NCBI RefSeq assembly: GCF_004010195.1
Contig: NC_057718.1
Span: 53,491,413-53,552,884 of the forward strand
Length of the DNA: 61,472 nucleotides
Source: Chiloscyllium plagiosum
Taxonomy: Eukaryota
Reading direction: 5' to 3'
The translations under genes were made by a program, and so were the position numbers. Shown here one piece after another: positions 48,459 through 60,429 of the stretch; positions within the stretch are counted from its first letter, which is position 1, and every line of letters begins with the position of its first letter. A model generated the notes under the pieces. It saw nothing but the letters and a program-made list of their open reading frames with translations. It was not told the DNA's origin and searched no databases.

Positions 48459-50566
48459 CAAGATCTTCCTCTTGAGCTTCAACTTGATTGGTCTTTGGGC
48501 TGTGTTTCTTTCAAGTTTTTCTCTGTCCTTTCTGATCAAAAGGAGTGTACCACAAAGTTTTACCTTCTACTTTGACTTGCTGTTGGGTCTCTTCAACAGT
48601 GCTACTAACGATTGCTGTCCTGTAGTGTTTTAAAAGGTGGGACCATTCAAAGATAGAGACATGGTTACAATTGGAGGACTTTTCTATTTTTTTACACCAC
48701 ATTACTTATTTAGATTCCAACTCAGCAAGAGGTTTCAGCTTTCGATCCTTTCCAGAGTCTCATCATCATGTGATTATGATGTCTAAATTGACATGGCGTT
48801 CTGAGGACTTGTGCTGGTGTTAGCTCTTTACTTTACAGTGAAAGACTTCTAAAATCCCCAGAAGGTAAATGTAAATGGACTTGTCAGCAGTTTGTACCAT
48901 TTCTTTTGTACATTAGGATGGGAAGGCTCCACTTATCTTCTGTTAATGTTATGCTCAAACCAGCATTAACCCACACAGAAGTGCAAAGCTTCTCACTGAC
49001 ACCATATTAAAAATACTTTCCCAAGCAATCAATGGGAATGGTTTTAAAGTCCATAATTTTCTCCTGTTGTAGGCTTTCCTTCCTGTGTTATGTTACATTC
49101 ACTTGTTCTCTTCAGTGTGCAGAACTGCAACCATGAGGTTTCCTCAAAGAGCATGGGCCAGAGCTTCTGCTGCAGTGATGGTGAGGAAATGTCAGCAGCC
49201 CTTCTCACCAGGCATCAGTTACAGGAACAATAGTAGCTCACCAACTGTGTCTGGAACTGAGCCCTCTTAGATTTGAATCCCTGTCCTTTTCAGAGTATTT
49301 TGTTGGAAAGAAACATGTAAATAATTGTATCGATACAAATATTTTAATACACTCTACGCTTTGATTGCTGACTTGTGAGTAATGCTGCAAAGTAATTGCA
49401 TAGGCATTATAGAGGAGGATAAGATCAGACGCCACAATGCACTCATTCATAATTCAACAGCTGTCAATTAGCCTGTGGTCAAATTGGCTGCTGACACTCA
49501 CTGTCAAGGCTCTCAAATGAAAATGACACAAAGGTAAGGTACTTGAATCTGACTGGCACTGATAGATCCATGTCTCAGGATGAGTCAGTGTCTTTGAAAG
49601 AGAAAATCAAAAAAAAAAGTCCAATTATTTATTCAATAAAAATGTTCAAAACCTGGAGCCAAGTAAAGGATTCTATTTTTTGCAGCAGTTTCTTCCAATT
49701 AGATAAAGGTGATGGATATATCATTATTCACTGTTACAGAAGAGCTATCTTGTACATTAACACAAATCCTTTTAATGTTTGCAATAGTTGCTGTATTTAC
49801 CAGCAATCAACCACACATCACTTCTTGTTAAGTTCACAGTTGTATCAATATTATTCATAATGCTGTGCAATCGACAATGTGCTTCAAGATTATGGAGCAC
49901 CTTGGGATTTGGCCTGTCCACCAATATTTGGCATCCATATTGGTAGCTGGTGCCAGCACAAAAGTTGCCCTAAAAGTACACATGCCTCTCAGAACACTGA
50001 ACGAGCACAAATACGAGGAAGCAATCTTAATGCTAGAACCACTGACAGTGTTAAAGATGACTGTTTACTCCTGGGGGTTTATGACATTATCTGAACTCAA
50101 ATCAAATTACTGCTCATTGTCATTGTTGTTTCCACCCCTACACATTATTCAGGAGCAATTCACAGGAAGGGAGCAGAGAATTATTTAAGACAATAGCAAA
50201 TTGCACAAAATCTGAAGAGACAAAAAGAACAAAGAAACCTTTACACAGACAGACATATATTTCAGTTTTGATTCTGTATCCTGAAGACATTTTTCCCACA
50301 TTTTCCATTTCAGCATCAGTTGAACAATGATAGGGCACAGACGGAACAGTATAAACTCTCAGACTGAGCTTTCTCAGTGTTCCAGCTGCTAAACCCACTC
50401 AATGTAAAACTAAATGATAAAGGCTAGGAAAATTCTTGTCAGTAGTCTGTGCTATCAAACAACATGGAATAAGTAGTCTCAGTTTATTTGGTTTTAAAAT
50501 GGGGTAAACTTCCAGTGTTCACATTCCCACTCCAGACAAGAATATCAATGCATTTGAGCAGCAAAT

Positions 50567-50666
50567 TTGAGTGTCATTCCTAATGAAGGGCTCTTGCCCG
50601 AAATGTTGATTCTCTTGCTGCTTGGATGCTGCCTGACCTTCTGTGCTTTTCCAGCATCTTACTCTT
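50567..50666 (+). mobile_element. PLE pseudo-LTR flanked by a 32-bp direct duplication
   Basis: 50535-50566 versus 50667-50698, with 3 mismatches. Confidence 0.85.
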
Positions 50667-51312
50667 GACGAGAATATCAGTGCATTTGAGTAGCAAATAA
50701 AGATGGGATTGAGTTTAGTTCTGATACTCTTCAGAGTTGAACAACTTGGTAGAAGAAGAATTAGATTTTATTATCACATATATTCAAGCATAGGAATACG
50801 AATGAAAAGTGCACAAAGTCTCCATTCTCCAACACCATCTTGGTTACAAAACTAAGAATTTAATAAAGCAGCAGCAGAAACAAAAGAAAGGCAAAAGGTA
50901 AGACAAATGTCCAGACCTTAAAGTCTAAGTGATTTTTCCATTTGGGATTTGGAACCACCAATGCAGGCATTCGGCCTAGCCGTGGTCCAGAGTCTCGGTC
51001 AGCTGGAAGGTTTTGCATCAATCGCCAGGAGGAGCCATTTTCTTGCTGCCACTACTGCCTCTGGTCACTGGAGGAGCTTTGCTACCGTTGCTGCTGCCAC
51101 TGCCTCCAGCGCTGAACACCAGGAGGAACCATCTCCTTGCAGGCTCAAAGTTCAAGAATAGCTGAGGGAACCGTAAAGGAAATTCCCCTATTCCAGTCTG
51201 GGCCAAAGCAAATGCCTGCTCTCACCCAAGTTGGATATTGGTGAAGAAGTGTAGTTCGTCAAGGATGCACATTTCATTGGCATGGGCTTTTCTGAACTTC
51301 CTGGGCACATAA

Positions 51313-51815
51313 AGTCATAGAGATGTACAGCACGGAAACAGACCCTTTGGTCCAACTCATCCATACTGACCAGATATCCCCATCTAATCTAGTCTAATTT
51401 GCTAGCTGTGGGCCTATATACCTCTAAATCCTTCCTATTCATATACCCATTCAGATACCTTTTAAATGTCACAATTGTACCAGCTTCCACCACTTCCTCT
51501 GGCAGCTCATTCCATACATGCACCACCCTCTGCGTGAAAAAGTTGTCCATTAGGTCCCTTTTATATCCTTCCCCTCTCACCCTAAACCTATTCCCTTTAG
51601 TTCGTGGCTCCCCACCCCAGGGAAAAGACCTTGTCTATTTACCCTATCTATGCTCCTCATAATTTTATAAACCTCTGTAAGGTCACCCCTCAGCCTCCAA
51701 TGCTCCAGGGAAAATAGCTCCAGCCTATTCAGCCTCTCCATATCGCTCAAACCCTCCAACCCTGGCAACATCCTTGTAAATCTTTTCTGAACCCTTTCAA
51801 GTTACAAAATATCCT
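51313..51815 (-). mobile_element. CR1 (HER1-type) 3' fragment
   Basis: MLPGLEGLS..ERLNRLELFSLE..RLRGDL.EVYKIM and FFTQRVV.VWNELPEEVVEA. Confidence 0.93.
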
Positions 51816-53319
51816 TAGCGTGTGGAGAAGCAGTGGATCATCTCAATTTCCTGATATATTTTTGGAGGTGTTTATGATCTTGATTTTAGTGACCCTGCAA
51901 GCTACCATGTCTGTCCAGCCACTCCCTGAGAAATATAACCAAGCATCTGAACTGCTTCCGCAAGATGCTTATTGTGTGTTTGTTAATGATCGAAGTAGAC
52001 GAAGGCATTCCTCATTAATATTTGGGCTGTGCTGTTGATCATGGTTATTCTGAATAGTCAGGAGCCTGAATTGTAAAGGTCATCTTGGAGCTATTTGCTT
52101 ATACTTCTTGTCACATAATAGCTGAACAAATTGCAGAGGCCTCTCATTCTGTTGGTAGTTGGAGAAACTTAGGAATTCTTTGACTGGTCCAATAACCATT
52201 TCGTACTGACACTGTGACCAGTGGTGACTGAAAAGTGTATCTTTGCACAAGTCAGTAGCCTAAATAAAGAAGAAGCAGACATTTTCAAAGATAGGGAAAT
52301 TGTGAAAAGAAAGACTTATAAGATTAAGGATTCCTTTTATAAATCTTTGAAGCCCTTTGTGTGTTGGAACAATTACAGCTCAACAATTACTACTCCACGT
52401 TGATATGTCTTTATTTTTCATCAACTGTTAGGTTAGTTAACACTTTTGGTTAACAGTTATTGTAACTTTCAGTTGTAAATTTCCATGGAAATTTATCAAC
52501 TATTGTTTCGCTTTTTAAAAGGTTTTATGGTACAGATTTTATGTAAACAAATCATCTCAATACAAATCATTTTTAATTACAAATGCAAAATATTTAGCAA
52601 AATATGATTTTTTAAATGAAGGCAAACATCAAGCCAGACTAATGCAGTAACCAGATGGATATTAGCTACACATTGCAACAATAAATCAAAAATCACCACA
52701 CTACTTAAGCATAAAATAAAACACATACTAATTACAAATATATCAAAACATGCCGAACCACAGCTCAAGCTACTAAGGCCTTAAAACACTCAGTTCCTGG
52801 AAGATAGTCTCCTTTTATGTAGGTCAAACTCATTACACTCTTTTGACCACAGCAGAAATGTGTCTGCCAGTAAGTATGAGCTCTGAGTGCATTAACTCTT
52901 ACTGGTGGTCACATGGGAATTGTGCACTTGGATTAGCTATGCATTTATTCTGATTTTGTAGTTAATCAGGTTGAGTTCCCCTCAGTTGTCCGACACAGAA
53001 TGCTTAGATTTTGTGAGTTGTTTTGCCTAATGAAATGTAATGGGTTGATATCAAATGCATCATAATTATTATTATTTAAAATCATCCTCCAGCTTTGAAA
53101 CGTGGTAATGAAAACAGCAAATTAGTAAGATCAAAAAGAAAATGAACAGTTCAAACAGCGATAGTGTGCACAGAGGACAAGTGCAACTGTAATATGAAAA
53201 ATCACAAGCTTCAGAGAATGGTTTGTACAAAACATGCTGTTTGGAGTTCAAACAAATTGTGTCAGTAATGTTTAAACAAGTCAGGATCCACAGCAGCAAC
53301 TAGGTTTCTGCTACCTCCA

Positions 53320-53540
53320 GGAGAAAGTGAGGTCTGCAGATGCTGGAGATCAAAGTTGAAACTTTATTGCTGGAACAGCACAGCAGGTCAGGCAGCATCC
53401 AGGGAACAGGAGATTCGACGTTTCGGGCACAGGCCCTTCTTCAGGAATTCCTGAAGAAGGGCCTGTGCCCAAAACGTCGAATCTCCTGTTCCCTGGATGC
53501 TGCCTGACCTGCTGTGCTGTTCCAGCAATAAAGTTTCAAC
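53320..53540. mobile_element. Spacerless fold-back PLE mini-element with head-to-head hammerheads
   Basis: 95-bp arms 53353-53447 and 53448-53542 with one mismatch. Perfect 14-bp TSD ttctgctacctcca at 53306-53319 and 53541-53554. Confidence 0.95.
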
Positions 53541-53650
53541 TTCTGCTACCTCCACTCAACAAGTATGTGAATTGTTACTACTGCTTCAGGTACCTCCAGT
53601 ACCTTAATGTTAAGTCAAAGACAATGTATCAAGGTTAACTGTGAAGAGTT

Positions 53651-53812
53651 AGGAGAAAGTGAGGACTGCAGATGCTGGAGATCAGAGCTGAAAAATGTGT
53701 GGCTGGAAAAGCGCAGCAGGTCAGGCAGCATCCAAGGAACAGGAGAATCGACGTTTCGGGCATGAGCCCTGAAGAATTCCTGACCTGCTGCGCTTTTCCA
53801 GCAACACATTTT
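53651..53812. mobile_element. Fold-back PLE mini-element with short right arm
   Basis: TSD ttaactgtga(a/g)gagtt at 53635-53650 and 53813-53828. Confidence 0.88.
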
Positions 53813-55035
53813 TTAACTGTGAGGAGTTGTCTTCTATCAGAAACTGCCTGTTTCAGAGCAGTTTGAGACAGTCTGGCTATTGTAATGGAGTGACCATCTC
53901 CTGTCCCAAATTAATAGCTGCCATGAATACTCTCTAGTATTGCATGTAACTGCTGGAAGTTCAGCTGGACTTACCACATGAAGGCAGGACTGTTTCCTAA
54001 TTGTCCCAGTATTTCCCAAACATGTTGTTATTTAACAGTGCTCAACGCCCATCATCAGAAAGATGATGATATTGGTAACAAACCTGATTTGGTAAGATCA
54101 ATTGTCATACCGGGAAACAATCTAGCACCAATACTTTGGCCGCATTAAATTCTACTCGGACAGCAATAAGGATAGTGCATCATCATTCGACTTACATTTG
54201 TATTCATTGGCTCATGTAAAGATGCTGTACAATTTTGAAGCAGGATGTGTATTTGTGGTGAGACACCAGACTTGAAAGTCCTGCAGCCAGGGTAGAGGGT
54301 ATGGATAGTATAGGAACCGTTTTACCTGAGGATGAGTTTCAACACAGATTTTAGCTGTAGAGGATTCAGACGAGTAGGCAACCACCTACAGAAGAACATT
54401 GTTGTATAAGAAAATACCCAGTGCCTTTGAAAACGTGTAATTAACCTAAAGGAATATACACGATACTACAGAGTTTTGCACACATCTTGAAACCCATCCT
54501 TTTCAGACTCCATCAGTGCATTATGGGCTCAACTATAACACAAGGATTAACTACCAATAACTGCTGAAGTCTGTAGGATCAGGAGATGCTTCAAGTTTAG
54601 TTTAGCTTACTTACATAGTTTATTTACTACGTAATCAAAGCATATTCATTAGTAATGTCACATATTACTATTCTGTTTAACTTAAACCTCAATGGACTTT
54701 ACTACTTAATAGCATGTGACTCTATTTAGCTTTACATGATGAAGAATGCACTCTTCGATTTTGAAGAGCAACATTGTGACGACATCCAATCTTTCTCCCG
54801 ATTCATTCAACCCAGAGCAGAAGGCTCTAGTGTTATCAATAAAAGAAGGCTGTAAGAGATTTACTGTGGGAAAGGTGGGGAAAAAAGAAACTATAGTAGC
54901 TGTATTCTACATCAACTCTGTTTTAATTTGTAGTGAAAATATATCTCAGAAGAGAAGCAATTACATTTTCCTGAACGTAATCTTTGTATTACGGAGAACT
55001 TTGTAGCAATGTGCATTTGAGCTTGTGACTGTATA

Positions 55036-55357
55036 ATTAGATTAGATTCCCCACAGTGTGGAAACAGGCCCTTTGGCCCAACAAGTTCACACCGACCCTC
55101 CGAAGAGCAACCCACCCAGACCCATTCCCCTACACTTACCCCTTCACCTAACACTACAGGCAATTTAGCATGGCCAATTCACCCTAACCTGCACATTTTT
55201 GGACTGTGGGAGGAAACCGGAGCACCCGGAGGAAACCCACGCAGACACGGGGAGAATGTGCAAACTCCACACAGACAGTTGCCCGAGGCGGGAATTGAAC
55301 CCGGGTCCCTGGTGCTGTGAGGCAGCAGTGCTAACCACTGTGCTACCGTGCCGCCCC
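55036..55357 (-). mobile_element. Full-length HE1-type V-SINE
   Basis: Reverse complement of 10915-11240, starting ggggcggcacggtagcacagtgg. Confidence 0.95.
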
Positions 55358-55884
55358 TGAATAAAATTCTTTAGAATTTTATTACTTAAGACTATGCAGG
55401 GACTGAACGTATAAGAATATCTCAGTACCTCACTTTTTATACACCCTCTGTATAACTCCAGCATTAGATATGGTTATAATTTGTTTGCATTAAGAATTTG
55501 TGATCTTTTGGACTAGCATTACACAGGTTTAAAGTCACAAGCAACTTTTCCACAGGAGGCATTTTCAACCAACTTGCTCAAGATGTTATGACACAGTTCT
55601 GCAGCTGCTCACAGTTCTGGGACTAAAACCCAAAACTTCTGGGTCGGAGTTAGAGACACCACCAAAACACCCTGTTTTTAAAATGAAGCAATTCATTATA
55701 AACATACACAACTACGGAGAGAAAAACATCACTTTGCCAGCTGGCTTCTTAAAAGATCACAAGCCGTAACTGATAAGCAGTTCGATCTAATGAGGGTTTC
55801 TTAACAGTTAAGCAAAAACTGGCAAAGAGCTCAGATCGTCAACAACAAGGACACTGCAGCACACAACCCCTTGTCCAAAATAAA

Positions 55885-58800
55885 TAGAGTCATAGAGTAT
55901 AGAGATGTACAGCACAGAGACAGACCCTTTGATCCAACTCGTCCATACCGACCAGATATCCCAACCCAATCTAGTCCCACCTACCAGCACCTAGCCAATA
56001 TCCCTCTAAACCTTCCTATTCATATACCCATCCAGATGCCATTTAAATGTTGTGATTGTACCAGCCTCCATCACTTCCTCTGGCAGCCCATTCCACACAT
56101 CCAGCACCCTCTACATGAAAATGTTGCCCCTTAGGTCTCTTTTATATCTTTCCCCCTCACCCTAAATCTACGTTCTCTCATTATGGACTCCCCCACTCCT
56201 TATCTACTTACCCTATCTATGCCCCTTATGGTTTTATGAACTTCTATAAGGTCACCCCTCAGCCTCCGCTTTCCAGGGAAAACAGCCCTTGACTATTCAT
56301 CCTCTACCTATAGCTCAAATCCTCCAACCCTGGCAATATCCTTGTAAATCTTTTCTGAACCCTTTCAAGTTTCACAACATCCTTCCAATAGGAAGGAGAC
56401 CAGAGTTGCACACAATATTCCAAAAGTTGCCTAACCAATGTCATGTACAGCTGCAACTTGACCTCCCAACTACAAAACTCAAAGCTCTGACCAATAAAGG
56501 AAAGCATACCAAATGCCTTCTTCACTATCCTATCTACCTGTGGCTCCACTTTCAAGGAACTATAAACCTGCACTCAAAGGTCTCTTTGTTCAGCAACACT
56601 CCCTAGAACTTACCTTTAAGTGTATAAGTCCTGCTCTGATTTGCTTTTCCAAAATGCAGCATCTCACATTTATCTAAATTAAACTCTATCTGCCACTCCT
56701 CAGTCCAATGGCCCATCTGATCAAGATCCTGTTGTAATCTGAAGTAACCTATTTCGCTGTCCACCTATTTGTAACCTATTTTGGTGTGATCTGCAAACTT
56801 ACTAACTATACCTACAATGTTCACATCCAAATCATTTATATAAATGATGAAAAGCAACAGATTCTAGCAGGATTCCTTATGGCATGCTGCTGGTCATAGG
56901 TCTCCAGTCTAAAAAACAACCCTCCACCACCCTCTGTCTTCTACCTTCGACCAGTCCTGTAACCAAATGGTTAGTTCCCCCTGTATTCCATGAGATTTAA
57001 CCTTGCTAATCAGTCTCCCATGGGAAACCTTGTTGAACGCCTTACTGAAGTCCATGTAGATCACATCTACTGCTCTGCCCTCATCAATCATTTTTGTTAC
57101 TTCTTCAAAAAACTCAATCAAGTTTGTGAGACATGATTTCCCATGTACAAAGACATGCTGACTATCCTGAATCTGCCCTTGCCTTTCCAAATACATGTAA
57201 ATTCTGTCCCTCATGATTCCCTCCAACAACTTGCAGACCACCAACATCAGGCTCACTGGTCTATAGTTCTCTGGCTTTTCTTTACCCCCTTTCTTAAATA
57301 GTGGCACCACGTTAGCCAACCTCCAGTCTTCCAACACCTCATCTGTGGCTATGGATGATCCAAATATCTCAACAAGAGGCCCAGCAATCACTTCCCTAGC
57401 TTCCCACAGCTCGAGATTACACCTGATCAGTTCCTGGGGATATATTCAATTTTATGCATTTCAAGATATCCAGCACTTCCTCCTCTGTAATATGGACACT
57501 TTTCAAGATGTCACCATCTGTTTCCCTACAGTCTATATCTTCCAAGTCCTTCTCCAAAGTAAACACTGATGCAAAATGCTCATTTAGTATCTTCCCCATC
57601 TCCTGCAGCTCTACACAAAGGCTTTATTGATCTTTGAGGGGCCCTATTCTCTCCCGAGCTACCCTTTTGTCCTTAATGTATTTGTAAACACCCTTTAGAT
57701 TCTCCTTAACTCTATTTGCCAAAGCTATCTCATGTCCCCTTTTTTGCCCTCCTGATTTCCCTCTTATGTATACTCCTGCTACCTTTGTACTCTTCTCAGG
57801 ATTCACTCGATCTCTGCTATCTCTACGTGAGATATGCTTTTTTTTAGTCAAAACCTCAATTTCTCTTGTCATCCAGCATTCCCTACACCTACCAGCCTTT
57901 CCTTTCACCCTAACAAGAATATACTGACTCTGGATTCTCGTTACCTCATTTCTGAAGGTTTCCCATTTTCCAGTCGCCCCTTTACTTGAAACTATCTGCC
58001 CCCAGTCAGCTTTTGAAGGTTTTTTGCCTCATACCGTCAAACTTAGCCTTCCTTCAGTTTAGAACTTCAACTTTTAGAACTGGTCTATCCTTTCCCATCA
58101 CTATTTTAAAACTAACAGAATTATGATTGCTGGCCCCAAAGCGTTCCCCCACTGACACCTCAATCATCTGCCCTGCCTTATTTCCTGAGAGTTGGTCACG
58201 TTTTGCACCTTCTCTTGTAGGTACATCCACGTACTGAATTAGAAACTTGTACACACTTAAGAAATTCCTCTCCAACTAAACCCTTAACACCTCCCTTTCT
58301 ATCCTTCCTCTAGCATTTGTATCCTGGAACATTAAGCTGCCAGTCCTGCCCATCCCTGAGCCATGGTTCTGTGATTGCTATGATATCCCAGTCCCATTTT
58401 CCTAACCATGCCCTGAGTTCATCTGCCTTCCCTGTTAGGCCCCTTGCATTGAAATAAATGCAGTTTAATTTATCAGTTTTACTTTGTTCTCTGCCTTATT
58501 CCTGCCTGCTCTGGCTGTTTGACTCGTTACCTTTCCCAACTGTACCAGTCTCAGACTGATCTCTTTACTCACTGTTTCCTTAGGTCCCACCCCAGCACCT
58601 TACTGGTTTAAAATTTCCCAAACAGCTCAAGCAAATCTCCCTACCAGTATATTAGTACCCTACCAATTCAGATGCAATCTGTCCTTCTTATATAGGTCAC
58701 TTCTACCTGAGAAGGAATTTCAATTATCCAAAAATGTGAATCCTTCTGGCATACACCAGCTCCTCAGCCATGCATTCATCTGCTTTATCCTCATATTCCT

Positions 58801-60040
58801 ACCCTTATCAGCTCGCAGCACTGGGAGTAATCCAGCTTTTCCTACTCTCGAGGCCCTCCTTTTTAAATTCTTGTCTAACTTGCTATATTCTCCCTTCAGA
58901 ATCTCATCCTTTTGTCTTCTTATGTCGTTGGTTCCAATGTGTGCAATGACCTCCTGCTGGCCTCTCTCCCCTCTGAGAACATTCTGCACCCTCTCTGAGA
59001 CATCCTTGATCCAGTACCAGGGAAGCAACACACCAGTCTGATTTTTCGCTGCTGGAACCAGAAACACCTGCTTCTGCGTCTGACTAGAGAGTTCCCAATT
59101 ACAATCAATCGCTTGGAACCTGACGCACCCCTCATTATATTAGAACATGTCTTGATACCAGAAACTTGGCTGTTCATGCTACAGTCTTCTGAGAGTCCAT
59201 CACCCTCTACATTTTCCAAAACACCATATTTGTTTGAAATGGAGATAGCCCCAGGAGACTCCTGCACTACCTGCCTGACCTCCTACCTTTCCTGGAGTTA
59301 ACCCATTTACCTGACTGTGTCTGCAGCTTTTCTCCCTTCATATAACTGCCATCCATCACACCCCCTAGCTCTTGTAAATTCTTCATGGCCTCTAACTGTT
59401 GCTCCCAACTGACCCATTCAATCTGATCAGATTCGTATCCAAAGACACTTCCTGCAGACATAACCATCAGAAACTCTCTCTAATCTCCCACATCCGACAG
59501 AAAGAGCACATCACTCTACTAAAGGCCATCTTTGCTCCTTCACGATCTACAGACCTAGGAAATAGCACCATCTCATTGCTCTAAAAAAACAGTGCTCCAG
59601 GCTAACTTGGTACTTATGGTTTATATTTTTAAAATGTAATTAGAAAACAGATCTCAATAAAACATATAATCAATAAAGAACCCACTCTACTCACTACTGT
59701 AGACTTACAGCAATGTTACACGCAAAAAATATGCACTTATCTGTTCCTGTGCTGTGAGCTCTCCCACACAGGTTACTCCAAGGTTAGCTGTGAATTTCGC
59801 TGTTCATTAAGTTTTCCTAGACACACTCCGATGTCCAGAGATACATGAACTCTAACAGCAAAGGCAGTAACTGTGCAGATTTGCAGCGGTGTCAGTCAGC
59901 AGTGTCGGTTTCCTTCTGTCTCTTTCCCTCACTGACGATCTGGTCGCTGCCTTTTTTCTGTCTTCCTCTTTTTAAAAGTGCTGTTGCTTTGATCCTTTTC
60001 CCCAAAAATTCCAAAACAATGCAACAGTGTATAAAACAGC
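55885..60040 (-). mobile_element. Near full-length decayed CR1 (HER1-type) LINE: 5' UTR, ORF1 with SGNH esterase, ORF2 APE-RT, 3' tail
   Basis: ORF1 relics IVIGNSLVRR, CFPG and HIGTNDI. ORF2 relics PTREGA..D, SNHNSVSF, NYRPVSL, DFSKAF and LEYCVQLWSP. Many stops and frameshifts. Confidence 0.93.
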
Positions 60041-60429
60041 TTAGTGGTTCACTCTAGATCCTTACCACTCACAAGATGAAAAATCTCTTTCCTATGTCGC
60101 CATTACTTCTTTTACCAATTATTGTAACTTTGTGCCTCCCCATCTCTAGCTTTCCACCAATGGGAGCAAGTTCTCCTTGTCTATTCTACCTGTACGTCCC
60201 ATGAGATTGTCCCAACTTCTCCAATCTATCCATGTAACTGAAGTCCCTCATCCGTGGAACCATACACATTACTCTTTGCTAGACCCTGTATTTACACTCT
60301 TCCTGAAGTGTGGGATCCAAAGTGAATGTAATGCTCCTACTGGGACCAGACCAGTGTTTTATCTGTGCTTGCCATAAACAAAGGGATTGCTTAGTTTAGT
60401 TGGCTGACAGCTGGATTGTGATTCCAGTT

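Noticed and set aside
49115..49180. Possible exon (ctcttcag acceptor, gtgagg donor)
   Set aside because: The translation matches no family I recognise and no partner exons were found.
50755..51235. Possible unclassified interspersed repeat with a GC-richer core
   Set aside because: No second copy or diagnostic motif to support a call.
4078..53812. Recurring palindromic repeats as a CRISPR array or as DNA-transposon MITEs
   Set aside because: They are dispersed, not regularly spaced, and no cas genes are present. The arms are unequal, TSD length varies, and the repeat is attached to a PLE ORF at 5728-6210.
54063..54087. atgatga...ctga as a C/D snoRNA
   Set aside because: The boxes are only about 25 nt apart and there is no terminal stem.
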